From the NCBI GenBank assembly GCA_951406725.2, contig OX597817.1, positions 46,314,001 through 46,378,000 of the forward strand: 64,000 bases of DNA, read 5' to 3'. How positions within the stretch are numbered: the first letter of the stretch is position 1; each line of letters opens with the position of its first letter. Below, one piece after another: positions 13,935-26,331 of this stretch. The DNA comes from Octopus vulgaris (lineage: Eukaryota). The notes beneath the pieces are model-generated. The model searched no databases, was not told the DNA's origin, and saw nothing but the letters and a program-made list of their open reading frames with translations. The translations under genes were made by a program, and so were the position numbers.

Positions 13935-13967
<33 letters not shown>

Positions 13968-14033
13968 GTTATTTACTTTTATTAGTTTATTTATTTATCT
14001 GTGTATTTATTATGTTTTCAGGATCCTCTATCG
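13317..14033 (-). mobile_element. PLE 3' pseudo-LTR copy 2, contiguous with the ORF stop; contains a (TA)n expansion and a hammerhead motif at 13415-13459
   Basis: Follows the TGA of the RT-GIY-YIG ORF on the minus strand; near-identical to copies 1 and 3. Confidence 0.92.
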
Positions 14034-15545
14034 TCATATGTTGTGGTGTGTGTTAGTGCTCCATTCTAGTTTTCTATTCAGGCTAGGTTTATTTTCTATT
14101 ATGTGTGTAGCTTCTGTAATTTGTCTAATTGTTGCATCTGATCTATGTGTGGATAATATTTTAATTTCTATGTTATTGATTGATCCCCCGTGTTCTTGTT
14201 CGGCGCGTTGGTACATAATCGATGAGCTTTTACCTTCCTTGAGTTGTCTCCAATGCTCACATACCCGCTCTCCTATGCTTCGTGCCGTTTCCCCTACGTA
14301 TGTCGTTGTCTTGTTACTGCATCGTCCCTCTATACATATTATACTATAGACTACATTTCTGGCTTTACAGTTTGTTTGTGGGCTAAGTCTACATACAGTA
14401 CAGTATTTATCCGTACATGGGGTTCTACTAAAAGGATAGGTTCTACCAATTATAGTTTCGATAGGGTTGCCTGGCTTTTCAACAACCTTAATTCTTAGCT
14501 TAAGTTTGTCTAGGGTCCTTCTAAAGCGATACGCCAGTTCACCTCCAGGGGTGGTGTCAATGAACATGACACTCTGGTATTTATGGCTATCATACCAAGA
14601 GTTGGCCTTCCCTATTTTCTTTTTAGTCCTTTCTATAGTGTTCCATGACTTGTTCCTATATAGTGGGCAAATACCATTCCTATCATTACATAATATATTA
14701 TCAAATTTCTTAATGGCTCCTTTGTATACTCTGATCCTTTCTTTATGGTTGTAACCTGAGAACTGCATGCGGTGAATGGAATATTGTATGTGTCTCTTTA
14801 ACTCTGTGGGCTTGCACATGCATGACACATTTCTCATTATTCTGACGAGGTCTGCCATCAAAATATTGAATTTGGCATTGTCCGCAATGGCTGAGTTCCG
14901 GTGGATCAAGTATTTTGAGGCCATAGGTTTGGCATAGTATGAATGAAGGATTTGGGTTTTATTATTCACAATTTCTAGCCAGAGTTCGGTGTCTAGTACT
15001 GGTAGTCTATGGTTGGGGTGTTTAGTGGGGTAGTCTATTGTGACCTTAATACTCTGGTGGATGGAGTTAGCTATTTGCTGGATGCTCTCCATAGTATTAG
15101 TTTCTATTACTATATCAACATTACTTTCTTGTGGGGGTGCCTTTACCACTATGTTGATATCATCAACATAGCGAGAGTACATGTTTACGAGTATGGAGTT
15201 CTGTGTTAGGCGTTCTTTAAGCCTTCTGTCCCACCATACCATGAAAAGGTTGGCCACATCACCAGCGATACTAACGCCGATGGCTGCCCCCTCGTCGTGG
15301 GCATATATTTTATTATTAAACTTAAACGTGTTGTCTTTTAGGGTAATTCTTATACTAGCTCCTAGTGCATGTGCGATCATTTTCTTTATCTGATGGACAT
15401 TTGCGGGGCTCCGTATGGCTCTGGTCCATCCGTTCCATCTTTCTATATGTGTCTTCCTAGCCATAGAAGTAATTGTGGGCGGTCTACCTCTTAAACATCT
15501 ACTGGGGCAGAAACTACTAAGATTATGTTTATCTAAGTTTTCAGT
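14034..15545 (-). CDS. Penelope-like retroelement ORF: reverse transcriptase plus C-terminal GIY-YIG endonuclease (5'-truncated)
   Basis: Within the 529-aa ORF: GAAIGVSIAGDVANLFM, YSRYVDDI, LPVLD, YAKPMAS, a Cys-rich linker CTDKYCTVC, and NVVYSIICIEGRC...YVGETARSIGERVCEH...EATHIIENKPSLN. The first ~26 codons of the track ORF come from the inverted pseudo-LTR, so the true N-terminus is missing. Confidence 0.95.
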   Translation of the reverse strand, partial: TENLDKHNLSSFCPSRCLRGRPPTITSMARKTHIERWNGWTRAIRSPANVHQIKKMIAHALGASIRITLKDNTFKFNNKIYAHDEGAAIGVSIAGDVANLFMVWWDRRLKERLTQNSILVNMYSRYVDDINIVVKAPPQESNVDIVIETNTMESIQQIANSIHQSIKVTIDYPTKHPNHRLPVLDTELWLEIVNNKTQILHSYYAKPMASKYLIHRNSAIADNAKFNILMADLVRIMRNVSCMCKPTELKRHIQYSIHRMQFSGYNHKERIRVYKGAIKKFDNILCNDRNGICPLYRNKSWNTIERTKKKIGKANSWYDSHKYQSVMFIDTTPGGELAYRFRRTLDKLKLRIKVVEKPGNPIETIIGRTYPFSRTPCTDKYCTVCRLSPQTNCKARNVVYSIICIEGRCSNKTTTYVGETARSIGERVCEHWRQLKEGKSSSIMYQRAEQEHGGSINNIEIKILSTHRSDATIRQITEATHIIENKPSLNRKLEWSTNTHHNI

Positions 15546-15991
15546 ATTACATGAACATATAAAATGACATGAACATATAAAATTACAAATTACATGAACA
15601 TATATTATAAACAGAAGATACAAATATTACAGGCATCCCCCACATACACACACTAAATAAACATAAACGCACATAGAAATATAAGCATGCGCAAATGAAG
15701 ACATACAATAGAAATACAAAATGGCTGACGGTTAGTAAGGAGAGACACAAATAAGTAAGAAGAAAACAAAGGACCACTGATGCAGTCACAGGAGTGTGAC
15801 GAAAGAACTCTGGCCGAAATAAGATTAAGATTAATGTAAAAAATAAATAATACTGAAGCAAAATAACACCAAATATATAGTGCGTGTGTTTTTATTGGCT
15901 AAACTGGCAAAATGACCATTCCTAAATACAACAATATCTGTTTCAACACACGACTTGCACAACAAAATCTTGCACAACAAATATTTAAACG
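15546..15991 (+). mobile_element. PLE pseudo-LTR copy 3, inverted at the 5' truncation point; hammerhead motif at 15771-15815
   Basis: Direct match to about 12845-13243. Motif GGACCA-CTGATGCA-GTCACA-ggag-TGTGAC-GAAA-GAACTC-TGGCC. Ends in (TA)n. Confidence 0.92.
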
Positions 15992-16147
15992 TATATATAT
16001 ATATATATAAATTAGGAAATTGATATTCTGAACTGTAGTAGATAAAACCAAAAACATTCCTACAAAAAAAACCTATGCATATTAAATTTATGGCAACACT
16101 GTTATGGTAAATCTATTAGTCAAAGAAGAACTTGTTATTCATATCCT

Positions 16148-16572
16148 ATTGTGGAAGGGCTTGTCCCAAACTTTGGCATCGAGAGTTACACAAATACTAG
16201 AACTGGGCCTCACTCCATAGTGCCAAGGACTCCAAATTAGCCATCAAGATGTAGGACAAGATACGGCAATAGCCTGGGCTTCACGGTTCCACACCTCTTC
16301 AATATCCTCCTGAAGGACCTGAGAGACCTGCATGGGTGGATGTAGGTATCTTCAAAATAAAGCTGGACCTCTTCCTGCCAGGTGCCCCAGATGAACCAAC
16401 TTCGCGGCAGGAGGTGCAGATGGGGGCAGCTGCATCAAGCTCTCTCATGCACCAAATGTCAATTGCTAAAAAGCATTCGTGAAGTAAAAATATGTAGCAA
16501 CATCAAATGGCGTTGTCCCAACATGGCCACAGCTTGTGTGCTGAAACTAGAGAAAATAAAAACATAAATAAA
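16148..16572 (+). mobile_element. CR1-like LINE 3' end, degenerate
   Basis: Translates to VEGLVPNFGIESYTNTRTG...LFNIL..DLRDLH...FKIKLDLFL..PDEPTSRQEVQM, homologous to 37500-37850. Tail GGCGTTGTCCCAACATGGCCACAGC...GCTGAAAC. Confidence 0.88.
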
Positions 16573-16841
16573 TGAAATACTGTTTCTGCTTATTTCTTTG
16601 TGAATGTCTAAATTCTAGAAACTGAGGAGATATATCTGCTCGTATGGTAAAATGAATTTCATGGCATTTTAATGACATACATTTATTGAACATCTATCAT
16701 TTTGAAATATAGAACAATGAGAAAATCGAGATACATTGTCGGAGGCGATGAATGATAGAGACCTTCCTTTGGAATTAGCAGAAGAAACGATTGCGATTCC
16801 AATTCTGAAATAATTAGAGAAAAATTTTGCATGCACTAACG

Positions 16842-17433
16842 AACTGGATTTCGCCTGTGAATCTACCTGTCTACATTGAATGACACTTTACAGGTGTGGA
16901 GAAAATTTAGTGACAAAGTTTTTGTTTGTTCGTTTGTTTATTTTGTTTTTTGTTTTGTTTTGTTTGTGTATTTTTGCTTTTTCTTTCAAAATCGAGAACA
17001 ACAAAAAGTAAAGAAAAAATATATATATAAATATATCTAATGGGAAATAGATATGATCGTAGTTTGGTCGATTTTGAAGTTAATTTTGAACATTTTGATG
17101 ACAATTATCAATCACATGTCTTTTGATATAAACTGGCGCTATTAAATTGGCGAGGGGGGGAAACTACTCGCAGTGTGCAGAAAAAAAAACATTGCTATTT
17201 ATCTGTAAATGACTGTTCACTATGTGAAGATATTAAAGATGCAGACGAGATAGTTTAGTCTAGTATGGTATGACACGGCAGAGTTCTAGTTTGAAGACAG
17301 TAAAAATTGAACGATGAAAATTTATATTTCCCTGTGATACAATCTACTGAAAAATGCAAACATTAATCCGGTTCACAATCTCAAGGATCTACAGCACAGT
17401 TGCTTATCTTTGGGTCAGCATTTTTACCTTGTT

Positions 17434-17470
<37 letters not shown>

Positions 17471-17481
17471 CTATATATATA

Positions 17482-17532
<51 letters not shown>

Positions 17533-17735
17533 AATATATATTTATATTTATATATATATATATTATTTTTCTTTACTTTTTGCTGCTCTCGATTTTGAAA
17601 GAAAAAGTAAAAAACAAAAATCAATCCCCCACCCCACAAAAAAACGAAGAAACAAAATCTTTGTCACTAAATTTTCTCCACACCTGTAAAGTGTCATTCA
17701 ATGCAGACAGGTAGATTCACAGGTGAAATCCAAGT
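16842..17735. repeat. Long inverted repeat (arms ~190 bp at 16842-17036 and 17545-17735)
   Basis: CCTGTGAATCTACCTGTCTACATTGAATGACACTTTACAGGTGTGGAGAAAATTTAGTGACAAAG is mirrored, with a single mismatch, at about 17660-17725. Confidence 0.85.
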
Positions 17736-18594
17736 AGACTTTTATCTAACATTGTAATCAATGGAAAAAAATTATACGATGGTATTGAACCAGCGTATTT
17801 CTTTTTAATCGTTTTTTTTTTTAGTTGTAGCATAAACCCAGGTACACAGATACCGTTTTGGATATATGTCACTGGGGTCGCAATATTCTTCTGAACAGGA
17901 GGCCGATCTGTTGTGGGATTCAATGTTAGCAAGTTTAATGGATGAGGACAAATTGGTCACTTTAATATTAGTCCTTGACTAATACTTAATTTTATCGACC
18001 TCAAAGGGATAAAAAGCAAAATAAAACTCAGTGAGATTAGATCTCAGAAAATATAGAGCCAGAAGAAAAACCGCCAAGCATTTTTCCGATATGCTAACGA
18101 TTCTCCTAACTCGACGATTTAATACCATAGTACTGATAAGACTTAAAGCGATTCTCTTATATTTTTGTTTTCATTTCTGTTAGATATATTCAACTTTTGC
18201 GTAATACTTCTGCGCATCATTTTGATGTATCTTGGTCACAAATACAACATGGAGCAGATGAAAACGGAGACTTCCGCCCTTTCAAATGAATATCGTCTAC
18301 GTTATCTAATCAGCTATCTCAGTTAACAGACACGTAGTTTATACGTTGAAAATTTGACAGGAAAAAATCAAAAGGATAAAAAAGGTGTACGTTGGAATAC
18401 ATTACAGATATCATCATACATAAATAATAAAACGTAGCAGCAATGTATTGCATTTTTAGCATATAGACTTTATTGATCCCCGCTGCATGCAAAATATGTA
18501 CAACGTGATATCTCACTCATTTAATTTCTTCCACTACGTTGAATGATAAGGGTTGCCAATGATGATGATGGGGGAAGATGAGGAGGAGGAGGAA

Positions 18595-18805
18595 GGGGCT
18601 AAACATAGAGGGGACAAACAAGGACAGACAAAGGGATTAAGTCGATTTCATCGACCCCAGTGCGTAACTGGTACTTAATTTATCGACCCCGAAAGGATGA
18701 AAGGCAAAGTCGACCTCGGCGGAATTTGAACTCGGAACGTATCGACAGACAAAATACCGCTACGCATTTCGCCCGGCGTGCTAACGTTTCTGCCAGCTCG
18801 CCGCC
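18595..18805 (-). mobile_element. tRNA-derived SINE, family M
   Basis: Head GGCGGCGAGCTGGCAGAAACGTTAGCACG...GAGTTCAAATTCC and core GGTCGACTTTGCCTTTCATCCTTTCGGGGTCGATAAATTAAGTACC. Confidence 0.9.
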
Positions 18806-20129
18806 TTAAACAAACGTTCCCATGCCGAGAGAAGTAAGCTAGTCGTTGTATTGGTCGTGCTTCTGGTGTTGGTGGTGGGGTATGGTGTTATAATAATAGC
18901 CCCAAGTGTGGTCGATCGAATATGTGTTTGATCGAAAGTATGGCATTCGAGGCGAACTCATTTCCACTTCAGAAGCATTAGAACAAGGACCTTCTTATGC
19001 AGTATTTTGATCTTCCTGTTCAATGTGGTAGACGGTGATTAGAAAAAAAAAAATTATTGCTATTCCCAGCAGATCTATCGCCAGCAAAGTTCAGGGTAGC
19101 ATGTTGAGAGAGATGTCTTCTTTCGTTACGAATGACATAAATTTGTGTTAATTTTACCGTATAAAACATGCATATTTGCATGGATGTATGTATGTATGCA
19201 AGAATGAATGCCTGTATGCAAGTATTCAAGTATGTATGTGTAGGCAAGTGTGCGTGCAAGTCTACAATCGATATAATTTTATGCTTATTAGCACTATACA
19301 ACTATAAGACATGATGTCACGAGACAAATACAGCAAGTTTTTGGCTTCCTAAAGTACTTAAGCTTGGTGTAATCTAAAGAATATACTATTTTGTGCTAAT
19401 ACTGTTCCCTTCGCTAATAAAGAATAAGTTTATTATATATATATATAAATTATCAGCGCCAAAACTATATAATTATATGACAACGTATGTACTTCTAAAG
19501 CATGCATATATATATATATATATATATATACATTATCTGACGTACCTGGTAATTCCCTTAAAGCGTGGCTTATTCCGTGGTTCCGTTCTCATAACTGTTT
19601 CTCTAAGCCAATAACAATACAAAGTATGTTTAAGGGTTGTACTGAATAAATTGCGAAAATAACTCAAAGAATTCAAATACTAAGAAATAAGCATCCTCGA
19701 TTTGATTTATACCAAATAATTTAGGAAAATATATAAGTATACACACACACACACACACACGCACACATACATACTTATATACGTACATGTGCATGAGTGA
19801 GCGCGTTAATGCTTGTCCACCATCACTGCTTTAGAACTGCTGTCGGGTTTTTTACATCCTTACAATATAGCGGTTCGGCAAATGTCATCACTAGTTAAGT
19901 ACATATTTAAAATAAGTAGTGGGGTTGATTTGCTCCTCTAAAACCTTCATAGTGTTGCCCCAACATGGTGGTAGTCCAATGATTGAAACAAGCAAAAGTT
20001 AAGATATAGAAATATATACGTGTACCTGTTTGTATGTTTCTTCTTTGTTTTTTTACACCTTGAAGACGAGAATGTTATATCTTTCTAGGATCGTACCCAG
20101 AGGCCTTTAAGCCACAACAATTCCGTACT

Positions 20130-20800
20130 TTTCTACGCCAGTGGCTAGATCGTACAATGTGTCCTACTGCAATTTCATACAAGATTTTGTTTAAGTTAGA
20201 TTTCGCTATGAATTCATGCAAGATCTGCCGTTATCGTTCCGTTTAAATTCATTCAAATCGTTTGTTCAGGGAATACATGTTCAGTGAAGGAGTTTTATTG
20301 ATATGATGTTCCAGGGGAAAAAAGGCTTGTCTTTAATCAATTATAAGGTTCCCGGGAGTTACATTATCGGGTATGGGTAGTCGGAGAGAAGATTAAACCA
20401 GGGGCGTTCAAATGGATCTGGCTCGATATTATCGAACCTCGAGAAGCAGAGTTTATTGCAGTAACATTAGAAAAGATAAATGGAAGAGCCAGAGGCTCAA
20501 TACATTTGTGAGAGAACTTTTGTCAGTCAGTTGCGCTCTTTCTCTCTCTCTTTCTCTCTCTTTCGTTCATTCTCTGATAGAAGTCTCTGAGTTACATCAT
20601 TGGTAAGCGTAGTAGGAAAGAAGATTAAATGAGAGGCGTTCGAGAGGATGTCGCTCGATGTTATCGAACCTCGAGAAGCAGAGTTTATTACAATAACAGC
20701 ATAAAAAAAATCAACAGAAAATCCAGCGTGAATGCCGGCGCCAAAGGCTGCAATGCTTTTCTGAGGAAAATTTAGTCAATCAGTTGCGCTGCCTCTTTCT
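20130..20800 (-). mobile_element. Degenerate CR1/Jockey-group LINE 3' fragment with an internal ~230-bp duplication
   Basis: The minus strand resembles FFP.TS...NS...VFP...LNEFKRN. TTATCGAACCTCGAGAAGCAGAGTTTATT occurs at about 20429 and about 20661. Confidence 0.5.
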
Positions 20801-21074
20801 GATAGAGACTACGATATACAGAAATACGCTTTTGAGAAATGATTATATTTCGATCTTCAATTTTCTATCTTTTATTCGTTTCGGTCATTAGACAACGGCC
20901 ATGCGGGGGCACCGCCTTGAAGAATTTTTAGTCGAATGAATCGACCCTAGTATATTTCTTAAGTCTGATACTTATTTTTATTTTTTGCAGTTCATTTGGC
21001 CGAACCGCTAAGTTTCACAGCAACCTAAGCTGTCAAGCGGTGGCGGAGGAGGGACAAACACAGGTACACAGAAA

Positions 21075-21435
21075 CACACACACTAAGATACATCAACACT
21101 CTGATAATACCAAGAATTTATACCTTGTAGACAACAGCATATACTCACAACTCGTACATTACAATGTTATTAGTAATCACACTGAAGGTAGACCGCAAGT
21201 TTATAACGACATTAATAAAGAAGCGAATATCATCACCTTTAGGTTTAGATTAGGTAAAAGAAATATAAATCATTTAAAAAAAAAGAAGCTTTTATAAATA
21301 TCAAGGACCATAAAAAGAATATCGTACCCAATCCTAAATGCAGATTAATTAACCCTGCAAAATCAGAAATTGGTATAATTACTAAAGAAACTTTACGAAA
21401 AATCAATGCTAAATTTAGAGGAGTAACTAAATTGC
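21075..21435 (+). mobile_element. Penelope-like element RT N-terminal fragment, frameshifted
   Basis: Reads EAFINIKDHKKN..PNPKCRLINPAKSEIGIITK, a KDHK/CRLINP motif of invertebrate PLE RTs. Confidence 0.75.
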
Positions 21436-21516
21436 TTCACCACATACCGACATTTAGAAATAGCAGTTAAATACAATTCTACTGCCATAAGATATCTCCC
21501 AGACAGCAATACTCCC

Positions 21517-21740
21517 AACTCACACAGGCAAAGAGGAAAAAAATAATGAATCCACTCGGCTTTGATTAACTATATACGCGTTTCTGGATTAAAGATATGT
21601 AAAATTACTCATACCTTATTTCCTTAATTACTATAGTATTTCAATTATAAATTTGAGAGCACGAGAAATCAGAAACGCGTAGATAGTTGATCAAATCCGG
21701 GTGGATTCGTTATTTTTTTCCCTCTTTGCCTGTGTGAGTT
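21517..21740. repeat. Inverted repeat (~70-bp arms), PLE pseudo-LTR relic with a hammerhead 3' half
   Basis: AACTCACACAGGCAAAGAGG...TACGCGTTTCTG pairs with CAGAAACGCGTA...CCTCTTTGCCTGTGTGAGTT. Confidence 0.75.
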
Positions 21741-21872
21741 GCTCAGCTCTAATTATAATTATGTTTATAATTATAATAATTTTTATATAAGTTTACTGAT
21801 AATGATTCTTTTAACATACAGAACTACTTGGTAAGATTATTAATTATAAATTGATTAATCAATTTTACCCTT

Positions 21873-21906
<34 letters not shown>

Positions 21907-21935
21907 GACACACGCACACGTACATGCACACACAA

Positions 21936-21969
<34 letters not shown>

Positions 21970-22756
21970 TATATATATACATATATATGTATCGCCAATT
22001 CAAACAAGAGCAAGCAAGAAGAAACAACGTGAGGACGTGGTACAAGTACTGTGTTATCGAACACTCAGGAAAAGAAAGAAAAGACAAGTTCACATTCCGA
22101 GCGGAGCTCTTCATCTTCATTAACAGACAAATAGTTAATTATTATTTTATCAAACAAATTCCCCACTCAGATTCACACACTTTTCGACGCGGCCCTTGAG
22201 GTTTTTCTACGCTCTGTAAAAGAACGCGGAAGGTTAGGCCTCTAACCATACCTTTCGCGACACCTTTAAAGCCAGAAGATTTTCAGCAACCACGTCGGCG
22301 TCGCAGTAGTAGTAGCAGCAGCAGCAGCAGTAGCAGTAGTAGTAGTAGTAGTACAGCAGCAGCAGCAGCGAAGAGATTTAAATTAAAAAGAAAGACTGGC
22401 GTTCATCACAAGCAAATTATTGACTTAAAATTGACACGCAAGATAAACGTCTAAATCAACTTATATGGATTGTGTTATGGGTTTCGAAACATCTATATTA
22501 CACTCACCTTATGTCGATAAATTATATTTTTGACAGGTGCATTAAGTGCTGGTGTGTGGCAACGTAAATTAATTTATTGATGGTTGGATGTAGTCTTTGA
22601 AAGTTCTCTTATTTTCTGTCGATGTAAAGTATTTGCCACCGGTTTAACATCATAAAATGTCAGTCTAGTCTATTAAAAAGTCATGCAGATATATACATAC
22701 ATATACATACCTATATATAGAGAGAGACACACACACAAGTAGATAAATAAATATAT

Positions 22757-22787
<31 letters not shown>

Positions 22788-22846
22788 AATATATATATAT
22801 ATATCGTTATAAATTATATGTGTATATGTATGTATGTATATATATA

Positions 22847-22894
<48 letters not shown>

Positions 22895-22970
22895 TACTTA
22901 TCTAACTATATATATGTGTATATATATATGAATATATATACATACATATATAAATGTATGCATGTATGCA

Positions 22971-23045
<75 letters not shown>

Positions 23046-23265
23046 CGACCAAGTGCTTATATATAAGTGGTGTCTTGTTGTTTGCAATAGGTCTGGCTTT
23101 GATAATTTCTCGATTTTATTTATAAAATTAAACTTCAAAATGTTTCCTTAATGACTACTAGACAGCCAACAACAACCAATTTCCTGCGTGTTGAGAGGTT
23201 GACGAATCGAGTAGAACTAAAATAGAAACGTATCGCAGAGAAAGAAGCCGCTCGTATACAGAAGA

Positions 23266-23313
23266 GATTAGCAAATGTTTCGTGGAAAGAACGAAGCCAT
23301 CATCAGAATATCC
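23266..23313 (-). ncRNA. Hammerhead-like motif, degenerate
   Basis: Minus strand CTGATGA-TGG-cttcgttcttt-CCA-C-GAAA-CA-TT; stem I is poor. Confidence 0.45.
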
Positions 23314-23723
23314 GTCTCTTAAAATGGAGCACGAAAACACATCTTGAAATAGGTAGAGCTGTCTTGCAGGGTGTCTATTGTCCCAAGCCATGTCCTGTCT
23401 TTAGAACTCTCACACACCCAGATTTTCTGGAAAGGGCACAATTTTGTTGTTACAGAGTGAATCACATAGTGATGAAGTGAATCGTTGAATTTTTTCCTAA
23501 TAAATGGTGAGACGTCGTTTCTTTACGCGCAGGCTTGGCTGCCGAATTGGTACGAAACTTGTTTCCCACCCATATGTTTCCGGGTACAGTCGCAGTGTGT
23601 CACCTTGGGAAAACGTTTTCTATAGCCTCGACCCGTCTTTACCTTCAGCTGACTACGTAACCATTTGGCCTAAGTGTATTAATGTTAATCCCTTTTCTCC
23701 ACTTCTACCTCTCTTTTCTCACT

Positions 23724-23754
<31 letters not shown>

Positions 23755-23860
23755 ACTCTGAATCTTACTCCACCTCCACCGCCTTAACTTACTGATGTAT
23801 AAGGAGCAAACGAACAAAATATTATTATATAGATTCTCTATTATCATTTTTGCTTCATTA

Positions 23861-24492
23861 CGGCGGCGATCAGGACAGAATCGATAACACGCCGGGCGAA
23901 ATGCGTAGCCGTATTTCGTCTACCGTTACATTCTGAGTTCAAATTCCGCCGAGGTCGACTTTGCCTTTCGTCCTTTCGCGGTCAATAAATTAAGTACCAG
24001 TTACTTAATTTACCGACCCCTAAGGGATGAAAGTTAAAGTCGACCTCGGCGGAATTTGAACTTAGAATGTAACGGCAGGCGAAATAACCTATTTCTTTAC
24101 TACCCACAAGGGGCTAAACACAGAGAAGACAAACAAGGACAGACAAACGGATTAAGTCGATTATATCGACCCCAGTGCGTAACTGGTACTTATTTAATTG
24201 GCCCCGAAAGGATGAAAGGCAAAGTCGACCTCGGCGGAATTTGAACTCAGAACATAATGTCAGACGAAATACCTATTTCTTTACTACCCACAAGGGACTA
24301 AACACAGAGAGGACAAACAAGGACAGACAAACGGATTAAGTCGATTATATCGACCCCAGTGCGTAACTGGTATTTAATTTATCGACCCCGAAATGATGAA
24401 AGGCAAAGTCGACCTCGGCGGAATTTGAACTCAGAACGTAACGGCAGAGGAAATAACGTTAAGCATTTTGCCCGGGGCGCTAACGTTTCTGC
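23861..24492. mobile_element. Family M SINE cluster: a plus-strand partial copy (23861-24003) tail-to-tail with a minus-strand partial trimer (24003-24492)
   Basis: AAAGTCGACCTCGGCGGAATTTGAACT recurs at about 24037, 24221 and 24405 (~184-bp period). Confidence 0.9.
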
Positions 24493-25309
24493 ACACAGAT
24501 GTTATGCTGCTGGTTATTTGATTTTATAGCCGTCTGGTGTCGCTGGTGCATATTGATGACTTCTTTGAATTCTGCATTTATAATGCACCCGTTTTCTGTG
24601 TTTTATATATTCTTCCTTTGACGTTACCCTGTAGTTCTTTCTCTGCTATTCCATAGCTATTCGGAGTTCAAAGAAGTTTTTTCTAAATTCACATACATTT
24701 GCATTGCTGCAATATGTTACTATGCCAATTTTTTTCTGTTGAACGAGTATATTATTGTGCGTAATTAACACCAATGTCATAAGTGTCCAATGTTAATTTT
24801 ATACATTAAGTGGCAGTAGTCTAATGTTTCGCAAGCTGTAGTTATAATATATTTTCCTTTAAGTTCCACATGTGTAATGATAAAGCGTTTACGCAGCTTT
24901 ACTAAATGTGTGCAGAAAATTTTGTGCTTTGCGTAGCTGGCATTAAATGTCTGTTGAGACAAAACTCACCAAAATATAAAAAAAAAATAGCAGTCCAAAA
25001 CAGCTATGCAACAATAAGCATCATCTAATTGACGCTCACTCACCCAAGGAACTGGTTGTTACATGAATTACAAGAACACGTGGTATTTCTGCCCACCAAA
25101 TATCCTTCACATGTCTAGGTTGCAGAACATTGACGCAAGATGTCAGGCAGTGGGACCAAACATGAAGCACAAAGTTGCGATACGAATTTCTCCCATAAGC
25201 TCGGTCGGTTTACATACGCGCATAAACGAAATTTTTAAGCGCATTCACACAGGAATGCGCATATGCGTAAAAAAAACATACACATATGCACACACACACA
25301 TACACACAC

Positions 25310-25380
<71 letters not shown>

Positions 25381-25414
25381 AGTGTGTATATGAATCTATA
25401 TTTATAAACACACA

Positions 25415-25457
<43 letters not shown>

Positions 25458-25610
25458 CCAGATACATATGTATGTGTGTGTGTATAGATTTACATTTTGT
25501 GAACAAACAAAAGTGTAATTTATACATGTTTAGTTATAAATAAATACGTATGCATATATAAATTTACATGCACACATATATATGCATATATACATATGTG
25601 TGTGTATATA

Positions 25611-25653
<43 letters not shown>

Positions 25654-26331
25654 GTGTGTGTATAAATATATATATATATGTAATCATGATTCATATATCT
25701 TATATTATATAATGTATTTATATAGTTTTCCCAGAGACAAATATATACACATAAAGTAAATGTCATGAATGCAGAATATCACATTTTTTCCTTAATTAAA
25801 ATTTTTAATTAACTTTTACTGATATTTCTACAACATAATCTGGCTTTAAGAAGTGCTTCTCATTCTTTGAGTGCACAGCCATGTTTGTGACAATGTACTA
25901 AGAAGAACCGTGTTTAACAATAGACATGCACTGCATACTTCATCTCACTAAACCCAAAACTGACTTCAACAATCCTCACTCTTTATCGCTAAAGATAGAG
26001 TAATTAGCATTGTCCTGAATCCCATTATCTTAATCAGCGACCTTGGTATCAGTGTCTTGGGCTTGTGTTATCTTTATAGCCACCTGCGGCGTCATCCTCT
26101 GTGTGATAATAACGATCATAGTCATTAAATTCATCATTTATCTTCGTTGCCATCGTAATCAATATCGACGCTGTCGTCGTAATAGTAGTCACCATCATCA
26201 TCATCATCATTATAAACATCAACGTCATCAATGTGCCTAATGACGTTCTGTGAATATCACCTTTGCATTTTATTCTCGACGTCTGTTTACATAGCAATGT
26301 ATACATACATACACACATACATACGTACATA

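Noticed and set aside
12697-15861. Thrice-repeated hydrophobic ORF (MLQCYLFFTL...) resembling a membrane protein
   Set aside because: It is the antisense T-rich strand of the pseudo-LTR with a TTG start and variable C-termini; its conservation just reflects recent copies.
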